Below are positions 8,058 to 16,304 of a stretch of 46,384 nucleotides of DNA, in pieces. Source of the stretch: Candidatus Doudnabacteria bacterium. Lineage in GTDB: Bacteria > Patescibacteriota > Doudnabacteria > UBA920. Location of the stretch: contig CAVYGQ010000002.1 in assembly GCA_963768175.1 (NCBI GenBank), forward strand, positions 146,284 through 192,667, written 5' to 3'. The position numbers and the translations under genes are program-made. Under the pieces are notes generated by a model that saw only the letters and a program-made list of their open reading frames with translations, searched no databases and was not told the origin of the DNA. Positions within the stretch are counted from its first letter, which is position 1. Every line of letters starts with the position of its first letter.

Positions 8058-8324
8058 ATGGCGAAACACATAAATATAAAAATTTCCGGACGGGTGCAGG
8101 GTATTGGCTTTAGGTTTTGCGCTTACGAAAAATTTGTGGAATTGGGTTTGACCGGCAAAGCGGAAAATACTGAAGACCGGGGTGTGCTGGTAGACGCTGA
8201 GGGTTCTGAAGAAAAGTTAGAGCTGCTAATTGATTGGTGCCATCAGGGTCCGGCGGGAGCCAAAGTGGACAGGGTTGAAGTTACGGAAGTTGCTGAGCCT
8301 TTTGTGCCATTAAAAGTGAGCTAA
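8058..8324 (+). CDS. acyP: Acylphosphatase
   Basis: 88 aa with ISGRVQGIGFRF ... GWVRN-like segment ... VDRVEV, which is the acylphosphatase signature. Confidence 0.85.
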   Translation: MAKHINIKISGRVQGIGFRFCAYEKFVELGLTGKAENTEDRGVLVDAEGSEEKLELLIDWCHQGPAGAKVDRVEVTEVAEPFVPLKVS

Positions 8325-8359
8325 CTTTTTATATTATTAAAAAGATGTAATTTAGATCT

Positions 8360-8560
8360 ATGATTATAAAGTTTAAGCGCGAGACAAAAATTATTTTTAT
8401 TTTTTTGGCCTTAATTATTATAGGCGCGGTTATTTTTATTGCCGTAAATTACCGGAAATTGAAAAAACCCGTTCCGGTCCCCCAGAATTTGGCCGCGCAA
8501 GTTAAGGCTGCGCAGGTTCCCATTTTACCGCGCGGCGCTGCCAGCCCCGGAAGAAATTAA
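8360..8560 (+). CDS. Small hypothetical membrane protein
   Basis: 66 aa with one TM, IIFIFLALIIIGAVIFIAV. No other support. Confidence 0.4.
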   Translation: MIIKFKRETKIIFIFLALIIIGAVIFIAVNYRKLKKPVPVPQNLAAQVKAAQVPILPRGAASPGRN

Positions 8561-8593
8561 AAAACAGGTTTGCCCTTAATTGCGCTAGGTTTT

Positions 8594-9166
8594 ATGAAGA
8601 AAGCGACTGTGATTTTAATTGTTTTAGTGATTTTAGGTTTAGCGGTTGAAGTTCTTTATAAATATTCCGGAAGCAGAACCACTACTTTCAATAATCAAGA
8701 TCAGCAAAAAATTAACACAACCACGCCTATGAATATTTCCAGCCCGGCTTTTGCCGACAACCAGGCGATACCTAAACAATACACCTGCGACGGTGACGGC
8801 ATAAACCCGCCCTTACAATTTTCCAGTGTGCCCAGTGAGGCTAAAAGTTTGGCTCTTTTGGTGGAAGACCCGGATGCCCCCACCGGAACATGGATCCACT
8901 GGCTTATGTGGAATATCCCGCCCACGGTAAGCCAAATCGCCGAAAACAGCGTGCCTGAAAAAGCGGTTCAGGGACAGGAGAGCAGCGGACAAAACGTTTA
9001 CGGAGCGCCGTGCCCGCCCAGTGGCATCCATCACTATATTTTTACCCTCTTTGCCTTGGACAGCGAATTGAACTTACCGTCTTATTCTACGGCTGAAAAT
9101 TTGCAGGCCGCCATGCAGGGACATATTATTGAACAAGCCCAAATTGTCGGTGTTTATGGGAGATAG
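8594..9166 (+). CDS. YbhB/YbcL family Raf-kinase-inhibitor-like (PEBP) protein with N-terminal anchor
   Basis: Shows LLVEDPDAPTGTWIHWLMWNIP and GAPCPPSGIHHYIFTLFALD. The ORF-track ORF starts at TTG 8570; ATG 8594 (MKKATVILIV...) is preferred. Confidence 0.85.
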   Translation: MKKATVILIVLVILGLAVEVLYKYSGSRTTTFNNQDQQKINTTTPMNISSPAFADNQAIPKQYTCDGDGINPPLQFSSVPSEAKSLALLVEDPDAPTGTWIHWLMWNIPPTVSQIAENSVPEKAVQGQESSGQNVYGAPCPPSGIHHYIFTLFALDSELNLPSYSTAENLQAAMQGHIIEQAQIVGVYGR

Positions 9167-9204
9167 GAGTTAGTGGCAAGCAAAGAGTTAAAAGTCGAAA
9201 GACT

Positions 9205-9237
9205 AAGCCGTAGCGATAACATCAAGCGGCTTTTTTG
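9205..9237 (+). terminator. Intrinsic terminator
   Basis: AAGCCG...CGGCTT followed by a T-run (9231-9236). Confidence 0.55.
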
Positions 9238-9250
9238 TTTGACTGAAAAA

Positions 9251-9259
9251 TGGTATAAT
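9251..9259 (+). promoter_or_regulatory. Extended -10 promoter element for the pilin cluster
   Basis: TGgTATAAT at 9251-9259. The -35 is weak. Confidence 0.4.
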
Positions 9260-9282
9260 AAAATCGACAAAAGAGAATTCTT

Positions 9283-11184
9283 TTGAAACAAAATGGCTTT
9301 AATCAATCGGCAAAAAATACAATCCGGATTTACCCAGCACCACTTTTTGATTTGGATAATAAGCCTATGATTATCACAAAAACCATACCTTTAAGATCGG
9401 TTGTAAAAAAGCCCACGGAAAGTGGTGCTGGGTTTACCCTAATAGAGTTGTTGGTTTGTATTGCGATTTTCGCGATTTTGGTTCTCGGCGTTTTGGGCTC
9501 GATTGGCGCCGTAACCAAAGCGGTAAAAATGGCCCGGGAGAAAACCATCCTCTCCAGCCTGTCTACCAATTATTTGGAAGTCGTCAGAAATATGCCCTAC
9601 AGCCAGGTGGGAACTATTCAGGGCAATCCGCACGGCTCCTTGCCGGACCAGCCTAACGCGATTAGTCAGATTATTAACGGCGTCACTTATAATATTTATT
9701 ATGAGGTTAACTATCATCACGACCCGGCCGATTCCGCCACTGGCACTCCCGATTACAAGATGGTCAAGATGAGCATTGTTAATGCTTCCACCAACCAGGT
9801 AACGGACTTCCAAACCACCGTAGTACCGCAAGGAGTAATTAGTAATCCGAATACCGGCGCGCTCCAGGTAAACGTCATCAATGCCCAAGGCCAGCCGCTG
9901 GTCGGGGCCAGCGTAAATATTACTTACCCGACAACTTCCCCTTACACTTATAATTTGCCCGACACCTCGGACGTTAACGGCCAGGTTTTGGAAGTCGGTT
10001 TGCCCAAAGCCACGAACGGTTACCGGATTGTGGCCACAGAGCCTGGCTATTCCACCGACCAGACGTATCCCTTAACTGTCCAAAACCCGAACCCTGTCCA
10101 CCCCGACCCTACCGTGGCTACCGGTACCATTACGCAACTGACTTTGTCCATAGACCAGTTGGCCAATTTAAAAATTAGGACTTTAAATTCCATCTGCCAG
10201 CCTTTAAGCGGCGTGAATTTAAATGTGGCCGGCGCTAAACTTATTGGCCAAAACCCCAATGTCGTTAAATATAACAACAACTATTCTTCGGTTTCCGGAG
10301 CCATTGCTTTAAACAACATTGAATGGGATACTTACACGCCAACCTTGCTTACGGGCCAGAGCATAATTACCTACGGCACTTCGCCCATCCAGCAAATTAC
10401 CATGTTGCCCAACACCACGCAGACCTTCACCATGATTTTAGGCTCCAACACCACGGCTAACAGCCTTTTGGTAATTGTCAAAGACGCCTCAAGCGCCACA
10501 GCTCTGGAAAACGCTTCGGTGACTTTAACCGACGGCGGCAGCTTCAGCCAGACACTACTTACCGGGGGAAGCGTTTGGGTGCAGAATAACTGGAACGGCG
10601 GCTCGGGCCAGGCGCAGTGGTCCAGCTCTACCCCTAGCATGTATTTTCAGGACAACGGCAACGTTGATGTGACTACGGCCGGCCAGATTAAGCTAAAAAA
10701 GATAGGCAGTAATTACACTACCGCCACTGGAACCCTGGAGAGTTCAACCTTTGATACCGGTACTAACGCCACAAATTATACTATTTTGTCGTGGCAGCCC
10801 CCTTCCCAAAGCGCTTCCACCACCGCTGTCTTCCAGGTAGCCGCTAATAACGACAACACTACCTGGAATTACGTCGGGCCGGACGGGACGGCAAACACGT
10901 ATTTTACCGCTCCGGGCCAGGATATGGGCAGCATTTTGGACAACAATGAGTACTTCCGCTACAAAGCTTTTTTGTCCACGGTAAATACCGCAATAACTCC
11001 CACACTGTCTTCGGTCAATGTGAATTTTGTGACTGGCTGTTTTACCCCGGGGCAGGTAATTTTTACCGGACTTGCCGCCAAAACTTATTATGTTACCGTC
11101 TCTATGTCGGGATACCAAACGCAGAGTAACGTATCCGTGGGAGTAAACGGCAACCAGTACTTTCAGGTATTAATGAGCCCTTAG
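9283..11184 (+). CDS. Large type IV pilin-like protein (prepilin-type N-terminal cleavage/methylation domain)
   Basis: Shows the class III signal G|FTLIELLVCIAIFAILVLGV. The ~560-aa C-terminal part includes carboxypeptidase-regulatory-like beta segments (VNVINAQGQPLVGASVNITY). The start may be ATG 9367 rather than TTG 9283. Confidence 0.8.
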   Translation: MKQNGFNQSAKNTIRIYPAPLFDLDNKPMIITKTIPLRSVVKKPTESGAGFTLIELLVCIAIFAILVLGVLGSIGAVTKAVKMAREKTILSSLSTNYLEVVRNMPYSQVGTIQGNPHGSLPDQPNAISQIINGVTYNIYYEVNYHHDPADSATGTPDYKMVKMSIVNASTNQVTDFQTTVVPQGVISNPNTGALQVNVINAQGQPLVGASVNITYPTTSPYTYNLPDTSDVNGQVLEVGLPKATNGYRIVATEPGYSTDQTYPLTVQNPNPVHPDPTVATGTITQLTLSIDQLANLKIRTLNSICQPLSGVNLNVAGAKLIGQNPNVVKYNNNYSSVSGAIALNNIEWDTYTPTLLTGQSIITYGTSPIQQITMLPNTTQTFTMILGSNTTANSLLVIVKDASSATALENASVTLTDGGSFSQTLLTGGSVWVQNNWNGGSGQAQWSSSTPSMYFQDNGNVDVTTAGQIKLKKIGSNYTTATGTLESSTFDTGTNATNYTILSWQPPSQSASTTAVFQVAANNDNTTWNYVGPDGTANTYFTAPGQDMGSILDNNEYFRYKAFLSTVNTAITPTLSSVNVNFVTGCFTPGQVIFTGLAAKTYYVTVSMSGYQTQSNVSVGVNGNQYFQVLMSP

Positions 11185-11290
11185 CCCAACGAAGTTGGGT
11201 TGACTTATAATCTATAATTTATAACTAATAACTTTGGAAGCGGTAATAAATTTTAGGCTATTAGTTATTAATTATTAGTTATTAGTTTTT

Positions 11291-11929
11291 GTGAAAGAAA
11301 TAAAATGTAACAAATTACAGAATAATTCCGGTTTTACTATCATCGAACTGCTGGTGGTGATTTTTGGTTTTAGCCTAATTGTTTGGGGTTTGATAGCGCT
11401 TGTATCCAATATCCTTTCATTTTCCAACCAGCAAAGCGGTTTGCTTAGTGATACCGACCAGGCCAGAAGTTTGGCTTTCCAGATTGCTTCCGAACTTCGC
11501 AATGCCCAGACCGGAAGTAATGGAGGTTACGTTTTGGATACCGCGGCCACGGGCACGATTATTTTTTATTCGCCCGTTGCCGACATGGACACTGGCATAG
11601 AGAAGGTCCGTTATTTTGTGCAAAACGGCCAACTGTGGAAAGGCGTTACGGATTACAACGGCAGCAGCTACAACACCAGCACTGAAAAAACCTCCATAGT
11701 CCAAAAAGATTTGGCTAACGGCTTTACCCCGGTGTTTTATTATTATGACGGCAGCTACGTCGGCTCGTCTACCCAAACTTCGCTGGCGGTGCCGGTAAAC
11801 GTTACGCAGGTAAAATTTGTGAAAGTAAATATCCAGATTTATAATAAAGCCGGAGTAAAGAATACCAACACCTACACGGTGACTGCCGGCGCGGCGATTA
11901 GGAACTTAAAAACGAATTTAGGACAGTAG
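11291..11929 (+). CDS. Type IV pilin-like protein (minor pilin/pseudopilin)
   Basis: GTG start. N-terminus reads NNSG|FTIIELLVVIFGFSLIVWGLIALV. Confidence 0.8.
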   Translation: MKEIKCNKLQNNSGFTIIELLVVIFGFSLIVWGLIALVSNILSFSNQQSGLLSDTDQARSLAFQIASELRNAQTGSNGGYVLDTAATGTIIFYSPVADMDTGIEKVRYFVQNGQLWKGVTDYNGSSYNTSTEKTSIVQKDLANGFTPVFYYYDGSYVGSSTQTSLAVPVNVTQVKFVKVNIQIYNKAGVKNTNTYTVTAGAAIRNLKTNLGQ

Positions 11930-11935
11930 GGTTAT

Positions 11936-11977
11936 GTAAACATTAAAGCATTGAAGCATGAAAACAAATTCAAACAT
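11936..11977. repeat. Array of 8-bp periodic NNAARCAT words upstream of the four-helix-bundle gene
   Basis: Reads gtaaacat|taaagcat|tgaagcat|gaaaacaaat|tcaaacat. Confidence 0.7.
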
Positions 11978-12325
11978 GGGGGAATATTTGGATAAATTAA
12001 AAAGTAAAATGGATGAGTATGTTCATTTTGTTTATAAAATCAGCAGGTCGTTCCCAAAGAAGAATTATACGGGTCAACATCCCAATTTCGGAGAGCCACG
12101 CTTTCTGTTATTTTAAATTTTATAGAGGGCTATGCTCGCAAGAGGTCAGCGGTTAAATTAAATTTCTGGGAAACATCTTATGGATCATTAAAAGAATCAA
12201 AGTATCTTTTATACTTTGCTTTTAAAGAGAATTGGATTATGCAAGCTGAGTATGAACAAGGTTCGGCAATAGCCGAAGAAATAGGTGCGATGCTATGGAA
12301 AGCCATTGAATCTTTGCAAAAGTAA
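11958..12325 (+). pseudogene. Four-helix-bundle protein (23S rRNA intervening-sequence protein family), frameshifted
   Basis: Not in the ORF track because it is split. Frame 1 (11958..12116) gives MKTNSNMGEYLDKLKSKMDEYVHFVYKISRSFPK. From 12056 another frame gives KEELYGSTSQFRRATLSVILNFIEGYARKRS...GSLKESKYLLYFA...IGAMLWKAIESLQK*, ending at 12325. Together they match the FPKEE.YGL.SQ.RRA..S...NI.EG..R pattern. The shift lies at ttcccaaag (12051-12060). Confidence 0.7.
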
Positions 12326-12326
12326 T

Positions 12327-12451
12327 ATATTCATATAAACATATAAGCATTCAAACATTTAAGCATGGGTAAGACTTAGATGCAGGAATGTTTAAATGTT
12401 TATATGCTTGAATGTTAAGATGATTTTATGCTTATATGTTTAAATGATAAA
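12327..12451. repeat. Direct (12327-12366, NNAARCAT x5) and inverted (12388-12451, ATGYTTNN x8) strictly 8-bp periodic word arrays
   Basis: Direct array reads atattcat|ataaacat|ataagcat|tcaaacat|ttaagcat. Inverted array reads atgtttaa|atgtttat|atgcttga|atgttaag|atgatttt|atgcttat|atgtttaa|atgataaa. The annotated ATG at 12428 is one of these units. Confidence 0.8.
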
Positions 12452-13838
12452 GAAGAATCCGGCAGCATTTTGGTCTTTACCATCGTTATTATTTTTATTT
12501 TTAGCCTGGTGATGCTCGGGCTTTTGAGTTACGCCACAATGCAGATTAAAGTGACGCGCAGCGCGGTTTATGACCAGCAAGCCTTCCAGATTGCCGAAGC
12601 CGGAGCAAATTATTACCAGTGGCATCTGGCACACTTCCCCACCGATTTTTGGGACGGAAACGCCAGTACTACGCCCGGCCCTTACGTCCATAACTATCTT
12701 GATACCGACAGCGGGCAAGTTTTAGGGCAGTTTAGTTTAAGTATTACCCCGCCCGCGACGGGCACCACAGTTACCACAATCGTTTCCACCGGAACGGTTG
12801 TGGGGAACGTCAAAGAAAAGCGGACGGTGACCGTGCGTTACGGCATTCCTAGCCTGGCCCAATACGCTTTTTTGACCAACGGCGATGCCTGGATTGGTCC
12901 GGACGAAAGCGTCAACGGACAATTTTTTAGTAACGGCGGCGTGCGTTTTGACGGTACCGGCAACGCGCCGATTATGTCGGCCAAAAGTACTTATACCTGC
13001 CAGAGCTGGTCCGGCGACCCGTGTCCGCACACTGAAAACGGCATTTGGGGAGCGGCGCCGCAATCCACCCAGAATTTTTGGCAGTATCCCGTACCTAATG
13101 TGGACTTTTCCAGCATCACGGCCAGATCTGGCTACCTTAAAAACCAGCGCCCAAACGGCCGGCATCTATTTGGCGCCATCCAACGCCCAGGGTTATTCTC
13201 TGGTATTTAAATCGGACGGGACCATAGATTTTTATAAAGTTACCTCCTTAAATGCCGATCCTTCGGGCGTGGATGTGAATAAGAACACCCACAACGAAAG
13301 CATAGATTATAAAGTTACAAACGGAAGGACCTTTCTTTATAACGAACCCATTCCGGCAAACGGTGTTATATATATAGAGGACCAGGCTTGGGTGGAGGGG
13401 GTGGTTAAGGGCCGGGCAATAGTGGCGGCGGGGGTTCTGCCTTATAACGCCAATTCCGCCCCAAGCATCCACATTCAGAACAGCATAACTTATTTGGCCA
13501 AAGACGGTACCAATTCCTTGGGGCTAATCGGCCAGCAGGATGTTTTGATTACTTATCTTTCGCCCAATAATTTGGAAATTGACGCCGCTTTAATTGCCCA
13601 AAACGGCAGTGCCCAGCGTTATGACTATTCCCATAACACATTAAACTCCATTACCATTTACGGAGCCACGGCCAGCAACGGCACCTGGACTTGGACCTGG
13701 GTTGACAACGGGGGCGATTGTGTTTCCGGCTATTGCACGACCAGTACAACCTACGACCCAAACTTGTTATACTCCCCGCCGCCATCATTCCCTCTGTCTT
13801 CCGGCGGCTATCAGCAAATAAGCTGGAGCAGCAATTAG
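12428..13838 (+). pseudogene. PilX-like minor pilin / pilus-associated protein, split by a frameshift near 13121-13127
   Basis: ORFs 12428..13210 and 12885..13838 overlap in different frames. The N-terminus SILVFTIVIIFIFSLVMLGLLSYATMQIKVTRSAVYDQQAFQIAEAG is PilX_N-like. Sense continues ...NVDFSSITA | DLATLKTSAQTAGIYLAPS... if one base (the a at 13124) is removed. Confidence 0.7.
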
Positions 13839-13938
13839 AAATGACAAAAATTAAAAAAATTTAAAAAATGAGCAAAAATAATGGGGCCTATATTTATGTC
13901 ATTTTTGTCAATTTTGCTCATTTTTGTCATTAACACTT

Positions 13939-14301
13939 ATGAAATATCTTTTAATTTTTTTACTGTCTTTCGCCTTTATTAATCCCGCTTTGGCCGCAAA
14001 GACGGTTTCAGGAGCCGTACCCAAACTCCAGCCTTTGCAGCCGCCGCCGGCGGGCATTACCCCCAATTACAGTAAAAATATCCAATATCAAGACCCTAAT
14101 TACGTGCCAACTGCCGGCAGTTCAAATACAGGCCCCGGTTCTCAAGGACAGCTGCCGGGACAAAGCCCCGTGTCCGGGCAGTCTCAAGCAGCGGCATTGG
14201 TGCAAAACAGCTCGGCGCACCATTATGTTTGGTGGGCGGCTTTATTGCTGGCCGCGGCTTTATTAGGTTATTTGGTTTATAAGCGGAACAAGGCCAAATG
14301 A
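13939..14301 (+). CDS. Small secreted protein with C-terminal TM anchor
   Basis: Signal peptide MKYLLIFLLSFAFINPALA, a Pro/Gln/Ser-rich middle, and a C-terminal VWWAALLLAAALLGYLVYKRNKAK. ATG 13939 is preferred to TTG 13924. The stop overlaps the next start (ATGA). Confidence 0.55.
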   Translation: MKYLLIFLLSFAFINPALAAKTVSGAVPKLQPLQPPPAGITPNYSKNIQYQDPNYVPTAGSSNTGPGSQGQLPGQSPVSGQSQAAALVQNSSAHHYVWWAALLLAAALLGYLVYKRNKAK

Positions 14302-15647
14302 AAACTACTTGTCCTTATTGCGGCAATAACCCGGTGCCGCACCGTTTTTACCGGTATAGCGAAAACCTGAATATTTTTTTGACGCCGCTGCGGCAGAAAC
14401 TTTTATATAATTCTTTGTCGCGTTTTTTTAAGGGCGGGACATGGCCGGGAAAAGTCGGAAACCTTTTTTTGGATTTGGGACTATTTTTGGGGATTGTTAA
14501 GCTTAGGCGGGAGCCTAAGCTTTGCAAGGTCAGGCGCGCCCAGGTTTTGTGGGAAGAAGCGCAAAAGCGGGGAATAGAAATGAGCGAACTGCTGCTGTTT
14601 GGCAGGCCGGTTGATACTTATGTGGCGGAGAAATCACAAAACACAAAACATAAAACACAAATCATTTTTTCCGGACTTCCGCGGCCAGTTGGTTATGTGA
14701 ATAAGTGGTTAGATTTAATGGATGACAAGTGGTTGTTTAAAAAAGTTATGATGCAAAACGGCTTGCCTGTGCCCATGGGGGCAAGCTGCAGTAATTACAA
14801 TCAAGCAAAAAAAATATTTAATAAAATACAAGATTTATCGAAAAATCGTCCGCCGGTTGGCGGAGGAAAATCGGACCTCCGACTTCCGACTTCCGACTTT
14901 CCGACTCCGGTGATTGTTAAGCCCCGCGCCGGCAGCCGGGGGCGGCACAGCACGACTTTTGTTTTAAACGAAAGCGATTTTAAAAAAGCCTTTAAAATTG
15001 CCAAACAGCTTTGCGCTTGGGTTATTGTGGAAGAGCAATTATTTGGTCCGGTATATCGCGCTACCATAATAAACCGGCATTTGGCCGGCGTACTTAGGGG
15101 CGATCCGCCTTTTGTAACGGGGGACGGCAAAAGCACAATTGCCGATTTAATTAGGCAAAAAAACCAGGCGCCGCATCCGGGGGTAAAGGATATTGTGATG
15201 GATGCGGGGATGGAAAGATTTTTGCAAAGATCTGTCGGCAGAAAATATCCCCCCTCCAACCCTCCCCCTATCCATTCGGCAAGCTCAGGACAGGTTTTAG
15301 TGGGAGAGAGGTGGGGTAAGGGTTCAGCCTTTAATTTCGTCCCCGCCAAGGGAGAAATTAACAATCTTTCAGAAAAAATCGGCGTTAATTACGGTGGGTC
15401 GTCTTCGGAAGATTTTGACATTTGCCACGCGGATAACAAGGAGCTGTTCTTGCGCGCCGCCAAAGTTTTAGACGACCCCCTGGTAGGTTTTGATTATATT
15501 ATTCCCGATATTACCAAAAGTTATAAACAGCAGCGCACGGGATTTATAGAAGTCAACTCCTTGCCGTTTATTAATTTGCACCACGACCCGCTGCTCGGGA
15601 CCCCGCGCAATGCCGCCGCCTTGGTCTGGGACATGCTGGGCTGGTAA
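14298..15647 (+). CDS. ATP-grasp ligase (cyanophycin-synthetase N-terminal-like / RimK-type)
   Basis: Shows DDKWLFKKVMMQNGLPVP, VIVKPRAGSRGRH, VIVEEQLFGPVYRATII, PFVTGDGKSTIADLI, NLSEKIGVNYGG and GFIEVNSLPF, an ATP-grasp pattern as in CphA. Confidence 0.75.
   Translation: MKTTCPYCGNNPVPHRFYRYSENLNIFLTPLRQKLLYNSLSRFFKGGTWPGKVGNLFLDLGLFLGIVKLRREPKLCKVRRAQVLWEEAQKRGIEMSELLLFGRPVDTYVAEKSQNTKHKTQIIFSGLPRPVGYVNKWLDLMDDKWLFKKVMMQNGLPVPMGASCSNYNQAKKIFNKIQDLSKNRPPVGGGKSDLRLPTSDFPTPVIVKPRAGSRGRHSTTFVLNESDFKKAFKIAKQLCAWVIVEEQLFGPVYRATIINRHLAGVLRGDPPFVTGDGKSTIADLIRQKNQAPHPGVKDIVMDAGMERFLQRSVGRKYPPSNPPPIHSASSGQVLVGERWGKGSAFNFVPAKGEINNLSEKIGVNYGGSSSEDFDICHADNKELFLRAAKVLDDPLVGFDYIIPDITKSYKQQRTGFIEVNSLPFINLHHDPLLGTPRNAAALVWDMLGW
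14849..14908 (+). repeat. In-frame hairpin plus 7-8-bp microsatellite inside the ATP-grasp gene
   Basis: Hairpin TCCGCC-ggtt-GGCGGA (14849-14864) followed by (t)ccgact(t) x4. The segment encodes RPPVGGGKSDLRLPTSDFPTP. Confidence 0.6.
15249..15325 (+). repeat. Second in-frame GC-rich repeat insertion inside the ATP-grasp gene
   Basis: Reads cccccctccaaccctcccccta...gcaagctcaggacagg...tgggagagaggtggggtaagggttc and encodes PPSNPPPIHSASSGQVLVGERWGKGS. The word ctcaggacagg resembles ttcaggacagg at 31901-31911. Confidence 0.5.
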
Positions 15648-15659
15648 AAATCAATTAAC

Positions 15660-15688
15660 TTGCTAAAACCGCGGCCGCGGTTTATAGT
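15660..15688 (+). promoter_or_regulatory. Promoter of regulator R1 with palindromic operator in the spacer
   Basis: TTGCTA (15660-15665), 17-nt spacer, TATAGT (15683-15688). The 18-bp perfect palindrome AAACCGCGG|CCGCGGTTT occupies 15666-15683. Confidence 0.6.
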
Positions 15689-15701
15689 AGTAATATAATA
15701 T

Positions 15702-16232
15702 ATGTCCAGAAAATACGGAACTTTTGCCGGCGAGCTTTTAATTGCCATTGGTGAAGCCACGGGATTTTTTTCTTGGCCTCTTGAGTATACTGAATCATGG
15801 AGACGGAAGCAGTTGAGAGGTTATGAGAGTAAACGGATTTATGATAATCTGTACCGTTTTAAAACCCATGGTTTAGTAAGAGAAATTAGCCGGAACGGCA
15901 AGAAGTTCATTAAACTGACCTCTAAAGGACAACTGGAGTTGTTGCTCCATAAAGCTAAGTTGGAAAAACCCAAGGTCTGGGACGGGCACTGGCGGATGAT
16001 TGTGTTTGACATCCCGGAAGACAATCATAAAGATAGGGATAGGTTAAGGGAACTGCTTAAGAGAAATGATTTTGTCATGCTGCAAGCGAGCGTGTTTATT
16101 AGTCCTTATCCGTTAAACAGGGAGGCAATAGAGTATCTTAAACAAGCCGGCTTGAAAGAATATATAAGAATTATAAGGGCAGACGAACTTGATGATGATG
16201 GGGATTTGAAGAAAAAGTTTAATTTGAAATAA
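15702..16232 (+). CDS. PaaX-like transcriptional regulator R1 (winged HTH + Cas2-like ferredoxin-fold domain)
   Basis: 176 aa with ...GKKFIKLTSKGQLELL... then WDGHWRMIVFDIPEDNHKDRDRLRELLKRNDFVMLQASVFISPYPL. This fits the W.G.W..v.FdIPe..R..R..Lr..L....F..Lq.SV...P pattern of PaaX-family/Cas2-fold proteins. Confidence 0.75.
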   Translation: MSRKYGTFAGELLIAIGEATGFFSWPLEYTESWRRKQLRGYESKRIYDNLYRFKTHGLVREISRNGKKFIKLTSKGQLELLLHKAKLEKPKVWDGHWRMIVFDIPEDNHKDRDRLRELLKRNDFVMLQASVFISPYPLNREAIEYLKQAGLKEYIRIIRADELDDDGDLKKKFNLK

Positions 16233-16268
16233 TACTTCTTAAAACCGCGGCCGCGGTTTTAAGAAGTA
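16233..16268. promoter_or_regulatory. 36-bp perfect palindrome containing the R1 operator core, starting 1 nt after the R1 stop
   Basis: Reads TACTTCTTAAAACCGCGG|CCGCGGTTTTAAGAAGTA. It has the same geometry as the R1 promoter (TTCTTA, 17 nt, TTAAGA) and lies upstream of the glycerate kinase gene. Confidence 0.7.
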
Positions 16269-16304
16269 AGGGCTTATTTAATGTTTGTCCATGTTTGATT
16301 AAGT

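Noticed and set aside
4789-14301. Possible alternative genetic code (UGA reassignment, as in some CPR lineages).
   Set aside because: TGA terminates well-defined genes (the HAD gene at 4789-4791 and the small anchored protein at 14299-14301) at ATGA overlaps with the next start. No in-frame TGA is needed to complete any recognised domain.
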